Numbered from the stretch's first letter, positions 21,637 to 29,247 are shown. The stretch is 32,000 nt of DNA from Patescibacteria group bacterium (GCA_041674405.1 JBAYVT010000006.1:1-32000), one strand, 5' to 3'. Notes: generated by a model from the sequence alone, not told the origin. Translations and numbers: made by a program.

Positions 21637-22956
21637 ATGTGCCTTACGATCCCGGGAAAAATTATAGATATAAAAAATGGCATGGCCTCAATTGCCGAAA
21701 ACCAAAATCAAATCAAAATTGATCTCGGTTTTGTTTCTGGCGCGAAAGTAGGTGATTGGATTCTCTATGCTACTGAGCGTGCGGTAAAAATTATTGATGA
21801 AAACGAGGCAAGAGAAATTATCAATTTGCTGGAAACAAAATATAAACCGGTTGATAATCAAAAGTTGCCGGATAGGTTGAAGGAAATGATTGTTGATTTG
21901 AGGGCAAATCAACAAGGGCAAAGGGGAAAGAGAAAAGTGAAAAGGATTACAAAGCCTGATATAGAATATCTCTTGTCACTTGAAAATCCGGAGGAGCTGA
22001 CGACGCTATATTCGGAAGCTAATACTTTGCGCAAATCGGAGCTCAAGGATTTCGTCTGCATTCATGGTATTATCGAATTTTCAAATTACTGCAAAAATAA
22101 TTGTATGTATTGTGGAATTCAAAAAGATAACGAGAGTATTAAACGTTATCGAATGAGTGCTGATGAAATTATTGAAGCGGCCGGAGATGCGATAGAGAAT
22201 GAGGGATATAAACTGGTCGTCCTGCAAAGCGGAGAGGATCTCTCGTATTCGGATGATGATATAATCGGAATTATTAGCGCGCTAAAAAATAATCATAAGG
22301 TGTTTATCTTTTTATCGGTAGGCGAGAGAAGCGAAAATTTTTACAGGAAGGCTTTTGCGGCAGGGGCGCATGGTTCACTCTTTCGATTTGAGACAAGCAA
22401 TCCAAAACTTTATGCGAAATTACACCCAGGACACTCCCTGGAACAACGTTTGTCTTCTTTGCGGACGCAACAGAAGATCGGATATTACGTTGCTTCTGGC
22501 AGCCTTGTGGGGCTTCCAGGACAGACAATATCCGATATTGCGAGCGATATTTTGATGGTGAAGAAACTGGGAGTGCCGATGATCTCATCAGGGCCATTCA
22601 TTCCAACAGGAGGGACGCCGCTTTACAAAATCAAAAGTCAATCCGCCAACCGGCGGACAAAAGTCAAAACTGTGGAATTATTTCTAAAATACATCGCTGT
22701 GTCGCGGCTTCTCATGCCCGAGATTAAGATTCCGGTCACCACTGCACTCGAAACTTTGGATCCGGAAAATGGGCGCCACAGGGGACTCTTGGCTGGTGCA
22801 AATGCTTTGATGTTCAATTTAACGCCCAAAAAGTATTGCAAAAATTACAAGATATACGACAATAAGTATGTCGAGAGAGAAAAGGTCTGGCAAAAATATG
22901 GCCTTTTCAAAGGAGAAGAGTCTTATGAAATGCTCGAAAAAAGATTACGTTTTTAG
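21637..22956 (+). CDS. Fusion protein: N-terminal HypC/HupF-like domain + HydE-like (BioB/HydE-class) radical-SAM enzyme, 439 aa
   Basis: The N-terminus MCLTIPGKIIDI...VGDWILYATERAVKIIDENEAREIINLLE follows the HypC pattern: an MC(L/I)x(I/V)PG start with the essential Cys2, and a VG(D/Q)W(V/I)L...I.E.EA tail. A basic linker follows. The radical-SAM core is IIEFSNYCKNNCMYCGIQKDN (CxxxCxxC) ...KRYRMS...VVLQSGED...FRFETSNPKLYAKLHP...SGSLVGLPGQT...GPFIP, which closely resembles HydE as I recall it. GGAG lies upstream of the ATG. Confidence 0.8.
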   Translation: MCLTIPGKIIDIKNGMASIAENQNQIKIDLGFVSGAKVGDWILYATERAVKIIDENEAREIINLLETKYKPVDNQKLPDRLKEMIVDLRANQQGQRGKRKVKRITKPDIEYLLSLENPEELTTLYSEANTLRKSELKDFVCIHGIIEFSNYCKNNCMYCGIQKDNESIKRYRMSADEIIEAAGDAIENEGYKLVVLQSGEDLSYSDDDIIGIISALKNNHKVFIFLSVGERSENFYRKAFAAGAHGSLFRFETSNPKLYAKLHPGHSLEQRLSSLRTQQKIGYYVASGSLVGLPGQTISDIASDILMVKKLGVPMISSGPFIPTGGTPLYKIKSQSANRRTKVKTVELFLKYIAVSRLLMPEIKIPVTTALETLDPENGRHRGLLAGANALMFNLTPKKYCKNYKIYDNKYVEREKVWQKYGLFKGEESYEMLEKRLRF

Positions 22957-22990
22957 TCGAAAGTCCATAAAGTCTGTAAAGTCCATAAAG
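22954..22990 (+). repeat. Copy B of the TAGTC + AAAGTC-unit repeat (left flank of the four-helix-bundle gene)
   Basis: TAGTC GAAAGTC CATAAAGTC TGTAAAGTC CATAAAG. The first TAG is the stop codon of the HypC-HydE gene, and the array ends 9 nt before the 4HB gene ATG. Confidence 0.7.
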
Positions 22991-22999
22991 CGGGAGAAA

Positions 23000-23344
23000 A
23001 TGAAAATCAATAAATTTGAAGATATATTGGCTTGGCAGAAGGCGAAAGAGCTGACTCTCTTGGTCTATACGATATTCAAGGCAAACAAGGATTTTGGTTT
23101 TCGCGATCAAATTCAAAGGGCGGTGATATCGATTATGAACAATATTGCTGAGGGTTTTGAACGTCGCGGAGATAAAGAATTTAAACATTTTTTGTATATT
23201 GCCAAAGGGTCCTGCGCTGAGGTTCGTTCAATGCTTTATATTGCTAAAGAACAAGGTTATGTCAGAAGCACAGATTTTGATAGAATCTACTTATTAACTG
23301 TCGAAATTTCAAAAATGTTATCAGGATTCATAAAGACTTTATAG
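23000..23344 (+). CDS. Four-helix-bundle protein (23S rRNA intervening-sequence protein family), 114 aa
   Basis: The translation from the internal ATG at 23000 (GGGAG SD 3 nt upstream) is MKINKFEDILAWQKAKELTLLVYTIF...FRDQIQRAVISIMNNIAEGFERRGDKEFKHFLYIAKGSCAEVRSMLYIA... This matches the family signature as I know it (W..A..L...(V/I)Y, Q(L/I).RA..SI..NIAEG, F..(F/Y)L.IA.GS..E). The 44 codons upstream in the listed ORF are just the repeat array read through. Confidence 0.85.
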   Translation: MKINKFEDILAWQKAKELTLLVYTIFKANKDFGFRDQIQRAVISIMNNIAEGFERRGDKEFKHFLYIAKGSCAEVRSMLYIAKEQGYVRSTDFDRIYLLTVEISKMLSGFIKTL

Positions 23345-23375
23345 ACTTTTGACTTTAAGGACTTTATGGACTAAT
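23331..23375 (-). repeat. Copy C of the TAGTC + AAAGTC-unit repeat, inverted (right flank of the four-helix-bundle gene)
   Basis: The reverse complement reads TTAGTC CATAAAGTC CTTAAAGTC AAAAGTC TATAAAGTC. It has the same head and units as copy B but in opposite orientation, and it overlaps the 4HB gene stop (23342-23344). Confidence 0.7.
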
Positions 23376-23390
23376 TAGCCGGAGGCGAAA

Positions 23391-23909
23391 ATGGGTAATG
23401 AAAATGATGTGGTCGTGGTGTTGCCGAATAAAGACTTTCGAGATCAGGAATATGCCGAAACAACACGGCTTTTGCATGAATACAGCATTGGTTACAAGGT
23501 TGTGGCAATTATGCCGGGAGAATGTTTTGGCGTCGGCGGCACAGAAGTTGCTACCGATATCGAAGTTGATGAAATCGATCCGAATTCTTTCGCCGGGGTA
23601 ATTTTTATCGGCGGGCCGGGAGTAGAGTCATCACTTCGAGATGAAAAGTTGATGAATCTGGCCAAAGCCTTCAATTCTGCAGGAAAGATTGTTGCTGGAA
23701 TTTGCTGGGCAGTTTCAATCTTGGCAAACGCGGGAGTCCTGAATGGGAAAAAAGTTACTGCCTGGTCTGGCTGCCAATCAGATCTGGAAAAAGGCGGAGC
23801 GCTCTATACAGGAGAGCCGATAACCGTTCACCAAAATATAATTACCGCCAATGGTCCCGACAGCGCCGATGCCTTCGGTGAAAAAATTGCCCAGACAATT
23901 GCGGGATAG
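23391..23909 (+). CDS. DJ-1/PfpI-family protein, 172 aa
   Basis: The pattern is FAGVIFIGGPG...GKIVAGICWAVSILANAGVLNGKKVTAW...IITANGPDSADAFGEKI. The nucleophile-elbow Cys sits in GIC(W)A and the layout is the typical class I glutamine amidotransferase-like fold. GGAGG SD precedes the ATG. Confidence 0.75.
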   Translation: MGNENDVVVVLPNKDFRDQEYAETTRLLHEYSIGYKVVAIMPGECFGVGGTEVATDIEVDEIDPNSFAGVIFIGGPGVESSLRDEKLMNLAKAFNSAGKIVAGICWAVSILANAGVLNGKKVTAWSGCQSDLEKGGALYTGEPITVHQNIITANGPDSADAFGEKIAQTIAG

Positions 23910-23923
23910 AAGTAACTTTAGGA

Positions 23924-23952
23924 TTGATTTTTTAGCCAAATCGTGATATAAT
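23924..23952 (+). promoter_or_regulatory. Sigma-70-like promoter for tRNA-Glu (TTGATT - 17 nt - TATAAT)
   Basis: TTGATT lies at 23924-23929, followed by a 17-nt spacer and TATAAT at 23947-23952. The tRNA 5' end is 12 nt downstream. Confidence 0.6.
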
Positions 23953-23963
23953 TTTTTCGTTTT

Positions 23964-24038
23964 GGCGCCATCGTATAGCGGTTAGTACGCCGCCCTCTCA
24001 CGGCGGTAACAGGGGTTCGATTCCCCTTGGCGCTACCA
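23964..24038 (+). tRNA. tRNA-Glu (anticodon CTC), CCA encoded
   Basis: Cloverleaf folded by hand over 75 nt:
- acceptor GGCGCCA/TGGCGCT (G1-U72 wobble)
- D stem GTAT/GTAC
- anticodon stem CCGCC/GGCGG
- anticodon loop CTCTCAC, giving anticodon CTC
- T arm AGGGG-TTCGATT-CCCCT
- discriminator A, then CCA. Confidence 0.85.
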
Positions 24039-24071
24039 AAAAATGAGCAACCACTGGGTTGGTCATTTTTT
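24038..24071. terminator. Bidirectional rho-independent terminator between tRNA-Glu and the convergent minus-strand operon
   Basis: AAAAAA-ATGAGCAACC-actg-GGTTGGTCAT-TTTTTT forms a 10-bp stem with one mismatch. An A-run and a T-run flank it, so it can work on both strands. Confidence 0.7.
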
Positions 24072-24145
24072 GTAAGGTAAAACCGAGCAATGAGGACTCG
24101 GGTCTAAATATCGGATCCGACATCATTCATACACGCTTAGTTTAG

Positions 24146-25075
24146 CTAGAGTGTCGTAATGGGACGAGACTGCAAAATGTAGATTTTTCCCTTTTCAAGA
24201 GCCCATTCAATATCACAAGGAAATTTATAATGATCCTCAATATCTTTAGTCATCTTTGCAAGCTCAATTATTTTTTTGCCTTCAATTTTTTGAGTCTTTT
24301 TTTGTGCACGGGGGACATCTTTACTTGATACGATGGCGCCATCAAAAATAAGCATCTTTTCTTGTTGGTTAATTTCAGCACTTAAAAAGGCGAAGTCATT
24401 TTTGTCAATCACATATTTGTCTGGGGTAATGTCTCCACCGACAACATATTCGCCAAGTCCAAAACCCGCTTCAATGAAAATTTCGTTTTTGTTTTTAGTA
24501 ACAGGGTGGACCGTAAAGGCAATTCCAGCAATTTCACTGGGGACCATCTTTTGAATCACCACGGCAACCTTGATATCTCCTTCAACCATTTTTTCGAGCC
24601 TGTACGTTAACGCTCGTGGCGAATAAAGAGAAGACCAACAATCCTTGATCCTTTGTAAAAGGTCGTTTTTGTTAACATAAAGAAAGGTTTCCAGTTCACC
24701 TGCCCAAGACATTTTTGGATTGTCTTCAGCAGTGGCAGAGCTTCTAACGGCAACGTATAGCAATTTTTCCTCATCAAACAATCGGTAAATTGCTTCTTCT
24801 GTTTCCATATTTATTTCACAATTTGCAATTAACTGCTGAATTTCCTTTGCAGAATTGGCGATGTTTCCTTCTTCTAGTTTATTCAATATCTCGTTGATTT
24901 TACCTGAGATATTGTTATCATTGAGAAATTTCTCAAAGGTCTCAGAGCAAATGACAAACCCTTCAGGAACAGGAAAGCCAGCATTAGCTAGTTCTCCCAA
25001 AGCCAAACCTTTTCCACCGACAAGTAATATATCATTTGGCTTAATTTCTTCAAATTTTATTACGAGATTACTCAT
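24146..25075 (-). CDS. Stand-alone PEP-utilising-enzyme N-terminal ATP-grasp (PPDK_N / PpsA nucleotide-binding) domain protein, 309 aa
   Basis: Motifs are LLVGGKGLALGELANAGFPVPEGFVI, VAVRSSATAEDNPKMSWAGELETFLYV, AVVIQKMV and FPCDIEWALEKGKIYILQSRPITT. These mirror the PpsA/PPDK N-terminal domain. There is no swivel-His or PEP/pyruvate TIM-barrel domain in this ORF. The start overlaps the upstream gene by 8 nt. Confidence 0.85.
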   Translation of the reverse strand: MSNLVIKFEEIKPNDILLVGGKGLALGELANAGFPVPEGFVICSETFEKFLNDNNISGKINEILNKLEEGNIANSAKEIQQLIANCEINMETEEAIYRLFDEEKLLYVAVRSSATAEDNPKMSWAGELETFLYVNKNDLLQRIKDCWSSLYSPRALTYRLEKMVEGDIKVAVVIQKMVPSEIAGIAFTVHPVTKNKNEIFIEAGFGLGEYVVGGDITPDKYVIDKNDFAFLSAEINQQEKMLIFDGAIVSSKDVPRAQKKTQKIEGKKIIELAKMTKDIEDHYKFPCDIEWALEKGKIYILQSRPITTL

Positions 25076-25943
25076 TTTTGCCTTCGACTAGTTGGTGTAA
25101 AACATCGTTATCGACAGAATACCTTTTATTCCTTAAAATGACTGAGATTGTTGCATTGCCATCTGAATCTGTGTCAACTTCGCTTTCCCAGCCCTCGAGT
25201 ATCGCTAGAGAGCCGCCTAGTTGGTCAATATTATTAACTCTTTGCCCTTCTTCATCAATTAGGATACCAGACGTTAGAAATGGCTCCATTATGCCTCTAT
25301 GCGATATATGGAATAAATCTATTTCCGAACCAGAATATAATTTTGAAGCCATTCGATTATGCCTTCGGTTAAAAAGTTGTGCAAAATTATATGCTGCCAT
25401 TTCAGGAGACTGAAGTTGTGATAAATCCGTTTGACCCGATAGCCATTCTGCCAAAATAGGTTCCTCTGCTTTCTCTGCTATTTTTTCTTGCTCATCAGGA
25501 GGTAAACTCTTAAAATTGTCTGGGTCTAGGCCCATTTCTTGCATCAGTTTGGCTCGACTTTCGGTAAACTTTTTATCATATAATTCAAGAAATTCTTTCG
25601 GAAAATTAAGGGTTAGTTGTTCCCTTATGGCTATATTTCTTATTGGAACATCTGGGTTTGATTCCTGGTAACCATTAAGAATGCTTTCTGCTGTCTCTCG
25701 TGTTCTTGGTGATTCACTGACGTAAGCTTTTGCACCGTGTTGGGAAGCTTCAATTCCTCCGCCAAGCTCTTTTGCTTTGGAGGCTCCTTGTTCTGAGATG
25801 CTACTTTTACTTAATGCTCCAGCAACAATAACTTCACCGCTCTGTTTTTGAGCGTGTCTATTCCAATAATTTCTTATTTTAACATCTGAACCGTATTTGC
25901 GTAGAGTCTCATTTTCTGCATTAAAGTTTGGTATTTCACTCAT
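25068..25943 (-). CDS. Histidine-phosphatase (PGAM-like) superfamily protein, 291 aa
   Basis: Superfamily-like motifs are WNRHAQKQSGE (RHG-type catalytic Arg-His), VSESPRTRETAESIL (the SSP..R...TA block) and LFHISHRGIMEPFL (second catalytic His, vvsHg type). A long acidic insertion lies between them. AGGAAAG SD precedes the start, and there is an ATGA overlap with the upstream gene. The call rests on motifs only. Confidence 0.55.
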   Translation of the reverse strand: MSEIPNFNAENETLRKYGSDVKIRNYWNRHAQKQSGEVIVAGALSKSSISEQGASKAKELGGGIEASQHGAKAYVSESPRTRETAESILNGYQESNPDVPIRNIAIREQLTLNFPKEFLELYDKKFTESRAKLMQEMGLDPDNFKSLPPDEQEKIAEKAEEPILAEWLSGQTDLSQLQSPEMAAYNFAQLFNRRHNRMASKLYSGSEIDLFHISHRGIMEPFLTSGILIDEEGQRVNNIDQLGGSLAILEGWESEVDTDSDGNATISVILRNKRYSVDNDVLHQLVEGKNE

Positions 25944-27442
25944 AACTTTCCTTTTTGAATTATTCTTACCTCACCTTTATCAGCATCAACTTCAATAATA
26001 TCGCCATCTTTAATTACTTCGGTGGCAATCTTGGTTCCGATAATACAAGGAATATTTAATTCTCTTGAAACGATTGCAGCGTGCGAGTTTATTCCACCTT
26101 CGTTGGTCACTATGGCACTAGCTTTTTTAACTGCGAGGATTAACTCTGGGCCAGTGGTTTCAGTAACAAGAATTTGTCCGTTTTCCATATTGGCGATTTC
26201 TTCCTGTATTACCTGAACTTTAGTCGTTAATCTGATAAGTTTTGCCTTACCTTTTGCAAAACCAAAATTGGCCGTATTGCCTCTGAAAGCATGCAAATCA
26301 CTCTCAATAACTGGTTTGACTAACCTGATTATTCCTTTTGCTTTTTCACCAGTAGCTAATTGATATGTACCACCCTCAGGAATATAAGCAAAGCTCTCTT
26401 GTCTATCTATGATTTCTTTCAGGGGAAAATTTCCTGTTTGAAAAAGTTCCTCAATTTCTTCCACAGCCATAAATTCTAACTGGTTCATTGCAATATAAAA
26501 GCGTTTGCTGATTTCTCTGAAAAGAAGAGAGATAATGCTTTCATCGCCAAAAAATGATTTATTTAAAAGTATTCGGAGCTCAAATTTCTTCTCTTGCATC
26601 TGCCTTACCACGTTCCCAAGCCAAACTATTTCAGGGGGCAGTTCCTTTTCCAGCTTCTTTTGTTCTTCTGTTAATTTAGCAGATTGGTTCACAATATCTT
26701 TAATGAAAGATTCTGATTTATCTGTATTCTGCAAATCTTCGGAGAAAAGCTCGAGCACTTCTTCAACCGTCTGGTATTTTTTGCCATCCTTGTAATTCAG
26801 AAAGCCCCACTTTTCAGCATGCGCTTTTACGAGAGAAAAACTCTTACTTTTTCTTAGTTCATCGCAGTTTTTATTAAGTATAAGCTGTTTGGTAAACCTA
26901 TCATCGTTAAGTTTTAATGCGATTTTTGACCTATCGATTTTTTCTTCAGTTAACAGATTATTTTCAGGCGGAGATGATAATAAAGCAGTCAATATGTTTG
27001 GCAAGTCTTTAGTATCAAATTTCTTTTCCAAAGCTTCGTTAATTTTTTCTTCGATTGAATCGAAAAAGAAATACTCGGTTAAGTAATAGTAATCAAGATA
27101 TTCAACAATAAGAGAAATTTGCTGAGAGAAAACCTTTAAGAATTCACCCTCAGATAAAGAGCCCAAATCTAAGTTGTCAAAATCTCGAGTTAATGAAATT
27201 ATCCTTTTGGTCAAGCCATCAATCTTTGCAAAAAGTTCATCTGTTTTTTCTTTGTCTGAATAGAGCTCTAGCCCTTTTTGATTTAGCTTATGTTCGTCTT
27301 CTGGTTTAGCATAATTTTCCCATACGCCATCTTGATAAATGAAGACAAAGTTGGCTTTGCCATAATCACTTTTTGCAACAAGGTCAGTGAAAGTAATGCC
27401 TGGACCAGGTGCAAATTTAAAAATAGAATTGTATTTGTTCAT
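25940..27442 (-). CDS. Protein with an unknown ~400-aa helical N-terminal domain and a C-terminal PEP-utilising-enzyme mobile (swivel phospho-histidine) domain, 500 aa
   Basis: The C-terminus GQILVTETTGPELILAVKKASAIVTNEGGINSHAAIVSRELNIPCIIG...GDIIEVDADKGEV is the canonical swivel-domain signature (GG..SHAAI(V/L)(A/S)RE..IP). I place the start at the ATG at 27442 (MNKYNSIFKF...). The listed 27553 start is a TTG that would overlap the REC gene by 65 nt. Confidence 0.8.
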   Translation of the reverse strand: MNKYNSIFKFAPGPGITFTDLVAKSDYGKANFVFIYQDGVWENYAKPEDEHKLNQKGLELYSDKEKTDELFAKIDGLTKRIISLTRDFDNLDLGSLSEGEFLKVFSQQISLIVEYLDYYYLTEYFFFDSIEEKINEALEKKFDTKDLPNILTALLSSPPENNLLTEEKIDRSKIALKLNDDRFTKQLILNKNCDELRKSKSFSLVKAHAEKWGFLNYKDGKKYQTVEEVLELFSEDLQNTDKSESFIKDIVNQSAKLTEEQKKLEKELPPEIVWLGNVVRQMQEKKFELRILLNKSFFGDESIISLLFREISKRFYIAMNQLEFMAVEEIEELFQTGNFPLKEIIDRQESFAYIPEGGTYQLATGEKAKGIIRLVKPVIESDLHAFRGNTANFGFAKGKAKLIRLTTKVQVIQEEIANMENGQILVTETTGPELILAVKKASAIVTNEGGINSHAAIVSRELNIPCIIGTKIATEVIKDGDIIEVDADKGEVRIIQKGKL

Positions 27443-27488
27443 GATTGATCGTTTGTTCTTGCTCAAATTTTCTTTTGTGAAATTAATA

Positions 27489-27851
27489 TCAGTTCTCAAG
27501 CACTTCGCTAACCTTAGAGGCGAGTTTTTCCGGTTCGAATTGGGCTTTGACAAAATACTCTTTAGCGCCGAGAGATCGGGCTTTGTCGGCTGAAGCCTCC
27601 TCTGGAAGATTTGTGAGCATCATTACCGGAATTGAAGATGTTTCTTTGTTGTCTTTCAGTTTTTCTAGCACGTCGAGACCGTTTTCTTGGGGCATAATTA
27701 TATCAAGAAGAATTAAATCCGGCATTTCTTTCTCCGCCGCCTCTAGTGCTTCGATGCCATTTCCCGCGGTTATTACTTCGTGTCCAGTCAGCGCTTCCCC
27801 ATACATTCGAAGGATTGGTTCTTCGTCATCAACTATTAAGATCTTTGCCAT
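27489..27851 (-). CDS. Single-domain response regulator (REC/CheY-like), 120 aa
   Basis: ILIVDDEEPI..., phospho-acceptor context DLILLDIIMPQENG, then PVMMLTN and AKEYFVK (conserved T and K). No output domain is present. GGAG SD lies 5 nt upstream, and the start lies inside the 3' end of the kinase gene. Confidence 0.9.
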   Translation of the reverse strand: MAKILIVDDEEPILRMYGEALTGHEVITAGNGIEALEAAEKEMPDLILLDIIMPQENGLDVLEKLKDNKETSSIPVMMLTNLPEEASADKARSLGAKEYFVKAQFEPEKLASKVSEVLEN

Positions 27852-29160
27852 TAGTCTCCTTTGTCCTTTTAGGAATATTGATTAAAATTTTGGTGCCTTT
27901 TTTGGGCTTACTTTCGATATTTAATGTGCCGCCGTGTTTTTCAATGATGGTCTTGGCAATATAAACGCCAAGGCCCGTACCTTTGTTATCGATATTTATT
28001 GCTTCTTGTGTCCGGTAAAATTTTTCCCCGATTTTAAGAAGCGCATCTTGCGGAATGCCAATTCCATTATCAGAAACGATTATATCAACTGAAATTTTCT
28101 TGTCGATAACTTCGACTGAAACTTTGCCACCCGGGGCGTATTTGATCGCATTATCCATGAAGTTAATAATTGCCTGGCCCAATTTTTCGCCATCAGCAAA
28201 AATAATTAAATTTTTATCAATTTCAGAAAGGGTAAGGGTAACTTTCGATTCTTCCGCCTTAGATTCTAAATCTTTGATGATTTTATGCATCAAGTCTGAC
28301 ATATTAACATCTTCAAGGTTTAATTTGATCTTCTCTTGCTCGATTCTTGAAATGGACAAAAGGTTATTGGTCAGTAAAACCATTTTTTCGGTCGAACTAT
28401 GAATTTCTTTTATAAATTCCGCTTGTTTTGTGCTGAGTTTCCCTTCTTTGCCAGAAATTAATAGAGAGGAGTAACCGCGGATTATTGAAAGAGGAGTATT
28501 TAGCTGGTGAGAAGTTACAGCAATAAATTCTTTATCTCTTTCAGTGAGCGCTTTTTCATATGAAACATCACGGATAACGGCAAGCGATTTTACTTTTCCG
28601 TCATTTTCGCGAATCAACGCGAAGCTTGCCTCAATGTCCGCATTTTCGCCATCTTTTGTCACGATTCTATTTTTCACGTAAGGATCGGTTCTTTTAACTT
28701 GTGGGCTTGTGAACATCAAATCTGGCAAAAGTGAGCTATTTTTTTCAGCATGAAATTTCAGAAGATTTTGGGCGAGATGCCCAAGCGCTTCTTCTTTTTT
28801 GTAGCCGGTGATTTTCTCCATGCCCGGAGAAAAATCCTCTATTCGTTGTTCATCGTCAAGCACCAATATTCCATCAGCAGAATTGTTAAATACGAGGTCG
28901 AGTGTTTTTTGGCGATTATTAATTTCTCGTTGTTTTTCGATAAGTTCCTCAGTTTTTCTCTGAGATTCTTCATAAAGAGAACGATTGTTGAGGTAGAAGA
29001 ACACGGCAGCAAGTGTACCACCGATCAAAACGTATTGAAGCAAAGAAGATGCCCTGAATGCATCAAAGCGCATAAGTATATAAATCGTCGACAGAATAAA
29101 TAAAACCCAAAAAATGGCTTCTATCGAACGTAAGAAATTATGCTTTCGTTTTTTTGGCAT
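27829..29160 (-). CDS. Membrane sensor histidine kinase with a PAS-like domain, 443 aa
   Basis: There are two N-terminal TM helices, then a coiled linker and a PAS-like segment (ADGILVLDDEQRIEDFSPGMEKITGYKKEEALG). The H-box is FIAVTSHQLNTPLSII. The HATPase_c N/G boxes are FMDNAIKYAP, VSDNGIGIP and GTGLGVYIAKTIIEKHGG. GGAGGGAA SD precedes the ATG. Confidence 0.9.
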   Translation of the reverse strand: MPKKRKHNFLRSIEAIFWVLFILSTIYILMRFDAFRASSLLQYVLIGGTLAAVFFYLNNRSLYEESQRKTEELIEKQREINNRQKTLDLVFNNSADGILVLDDEQRIEDFSPGMEKITGYKKEEALGHLAQNLLKFHAEKNSSLLPDLMFTSPQVKRTDPYVKNRIVTKDGENADIEASFALIRENDGKVKSLAVIRDVSYEKALTERDKEFIAVTSHQLNTPLSIIRGYSSLLISGKEGKLSTKQAEFIKEIHSSTEKMVLLTNNLLSISRIEQEKIKLNLEDVNMSDLMHKIIKDLESKAEESKVTLTLSEIDKNLIIFADGEKLGQAIINFMDNAIKYAPGGKVSVEVIDKKISVDIIVSDNGIGIPQDALLKIGEKFYRTQEAINIDNKGTGLGVYIAKTIIEKHGGTLNIESKPKKGTKILINIPKRTKETNGKDLNS

Positions 29161-29174
29161 TTCCCTCCATAAGT

Positions 29175-29203
29175 ATTATAATAAAATTAGTCCATAAAGT
29201 CGA
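29175..29203 (-). promoter_or_regulatory. Candidate promoter of the kinase operon (TCGACT - 17 nt - TATAAT on the minus strand)
   Basis: The minus strand reads TCGACT-ttatggactaattttat-TATAAT-acttatGGAGGgaaATG. The -35-like hexamer is supplied by a GACTTT unit of repeat copy D. Confidence 0.4.
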
Positions 29204-29228
29204 AAGTCTATAAAGTTTGTAAAGTCAA
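29187..29228 (+). repeat. Copy D of the TAGTC + AAAGTC-unit repeat (solo copy in a divergent intergenic region)
   Basis: TTAGTC CATAAAGTC GAAAGTC TATAAAGT TTGTAAAGTC lies between the kinase gene (minus strand) and the PilX-like gene (plus strand). Confidence 0.65.
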
Positions 29229-29247
29229 ACCGGAGAACAAATGGCTG

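Noticed and set aside
22868-22999. N-terminal 44-codon extension of the four-helix-bundle ORF as listed (start 22868)
   Set aside because: The extension overlaps the end of the HypC-HydE gene and then simply reads through the AAAGTC repeat array (SRKSIKSVKSIK). The family-typical protein begins at the SD-preceded ATG at 23000.
27443-27553. Listed TTG start at 27553 for the swivel-domain protein
   Set aside because: It would overlap the REC gene by 65 nt and add a basic, low-complexity leader. The ATG at 27442 gives a protein starting just downstream of the REC stop. The evidence is not decisive, because no clear SD precedes either start.
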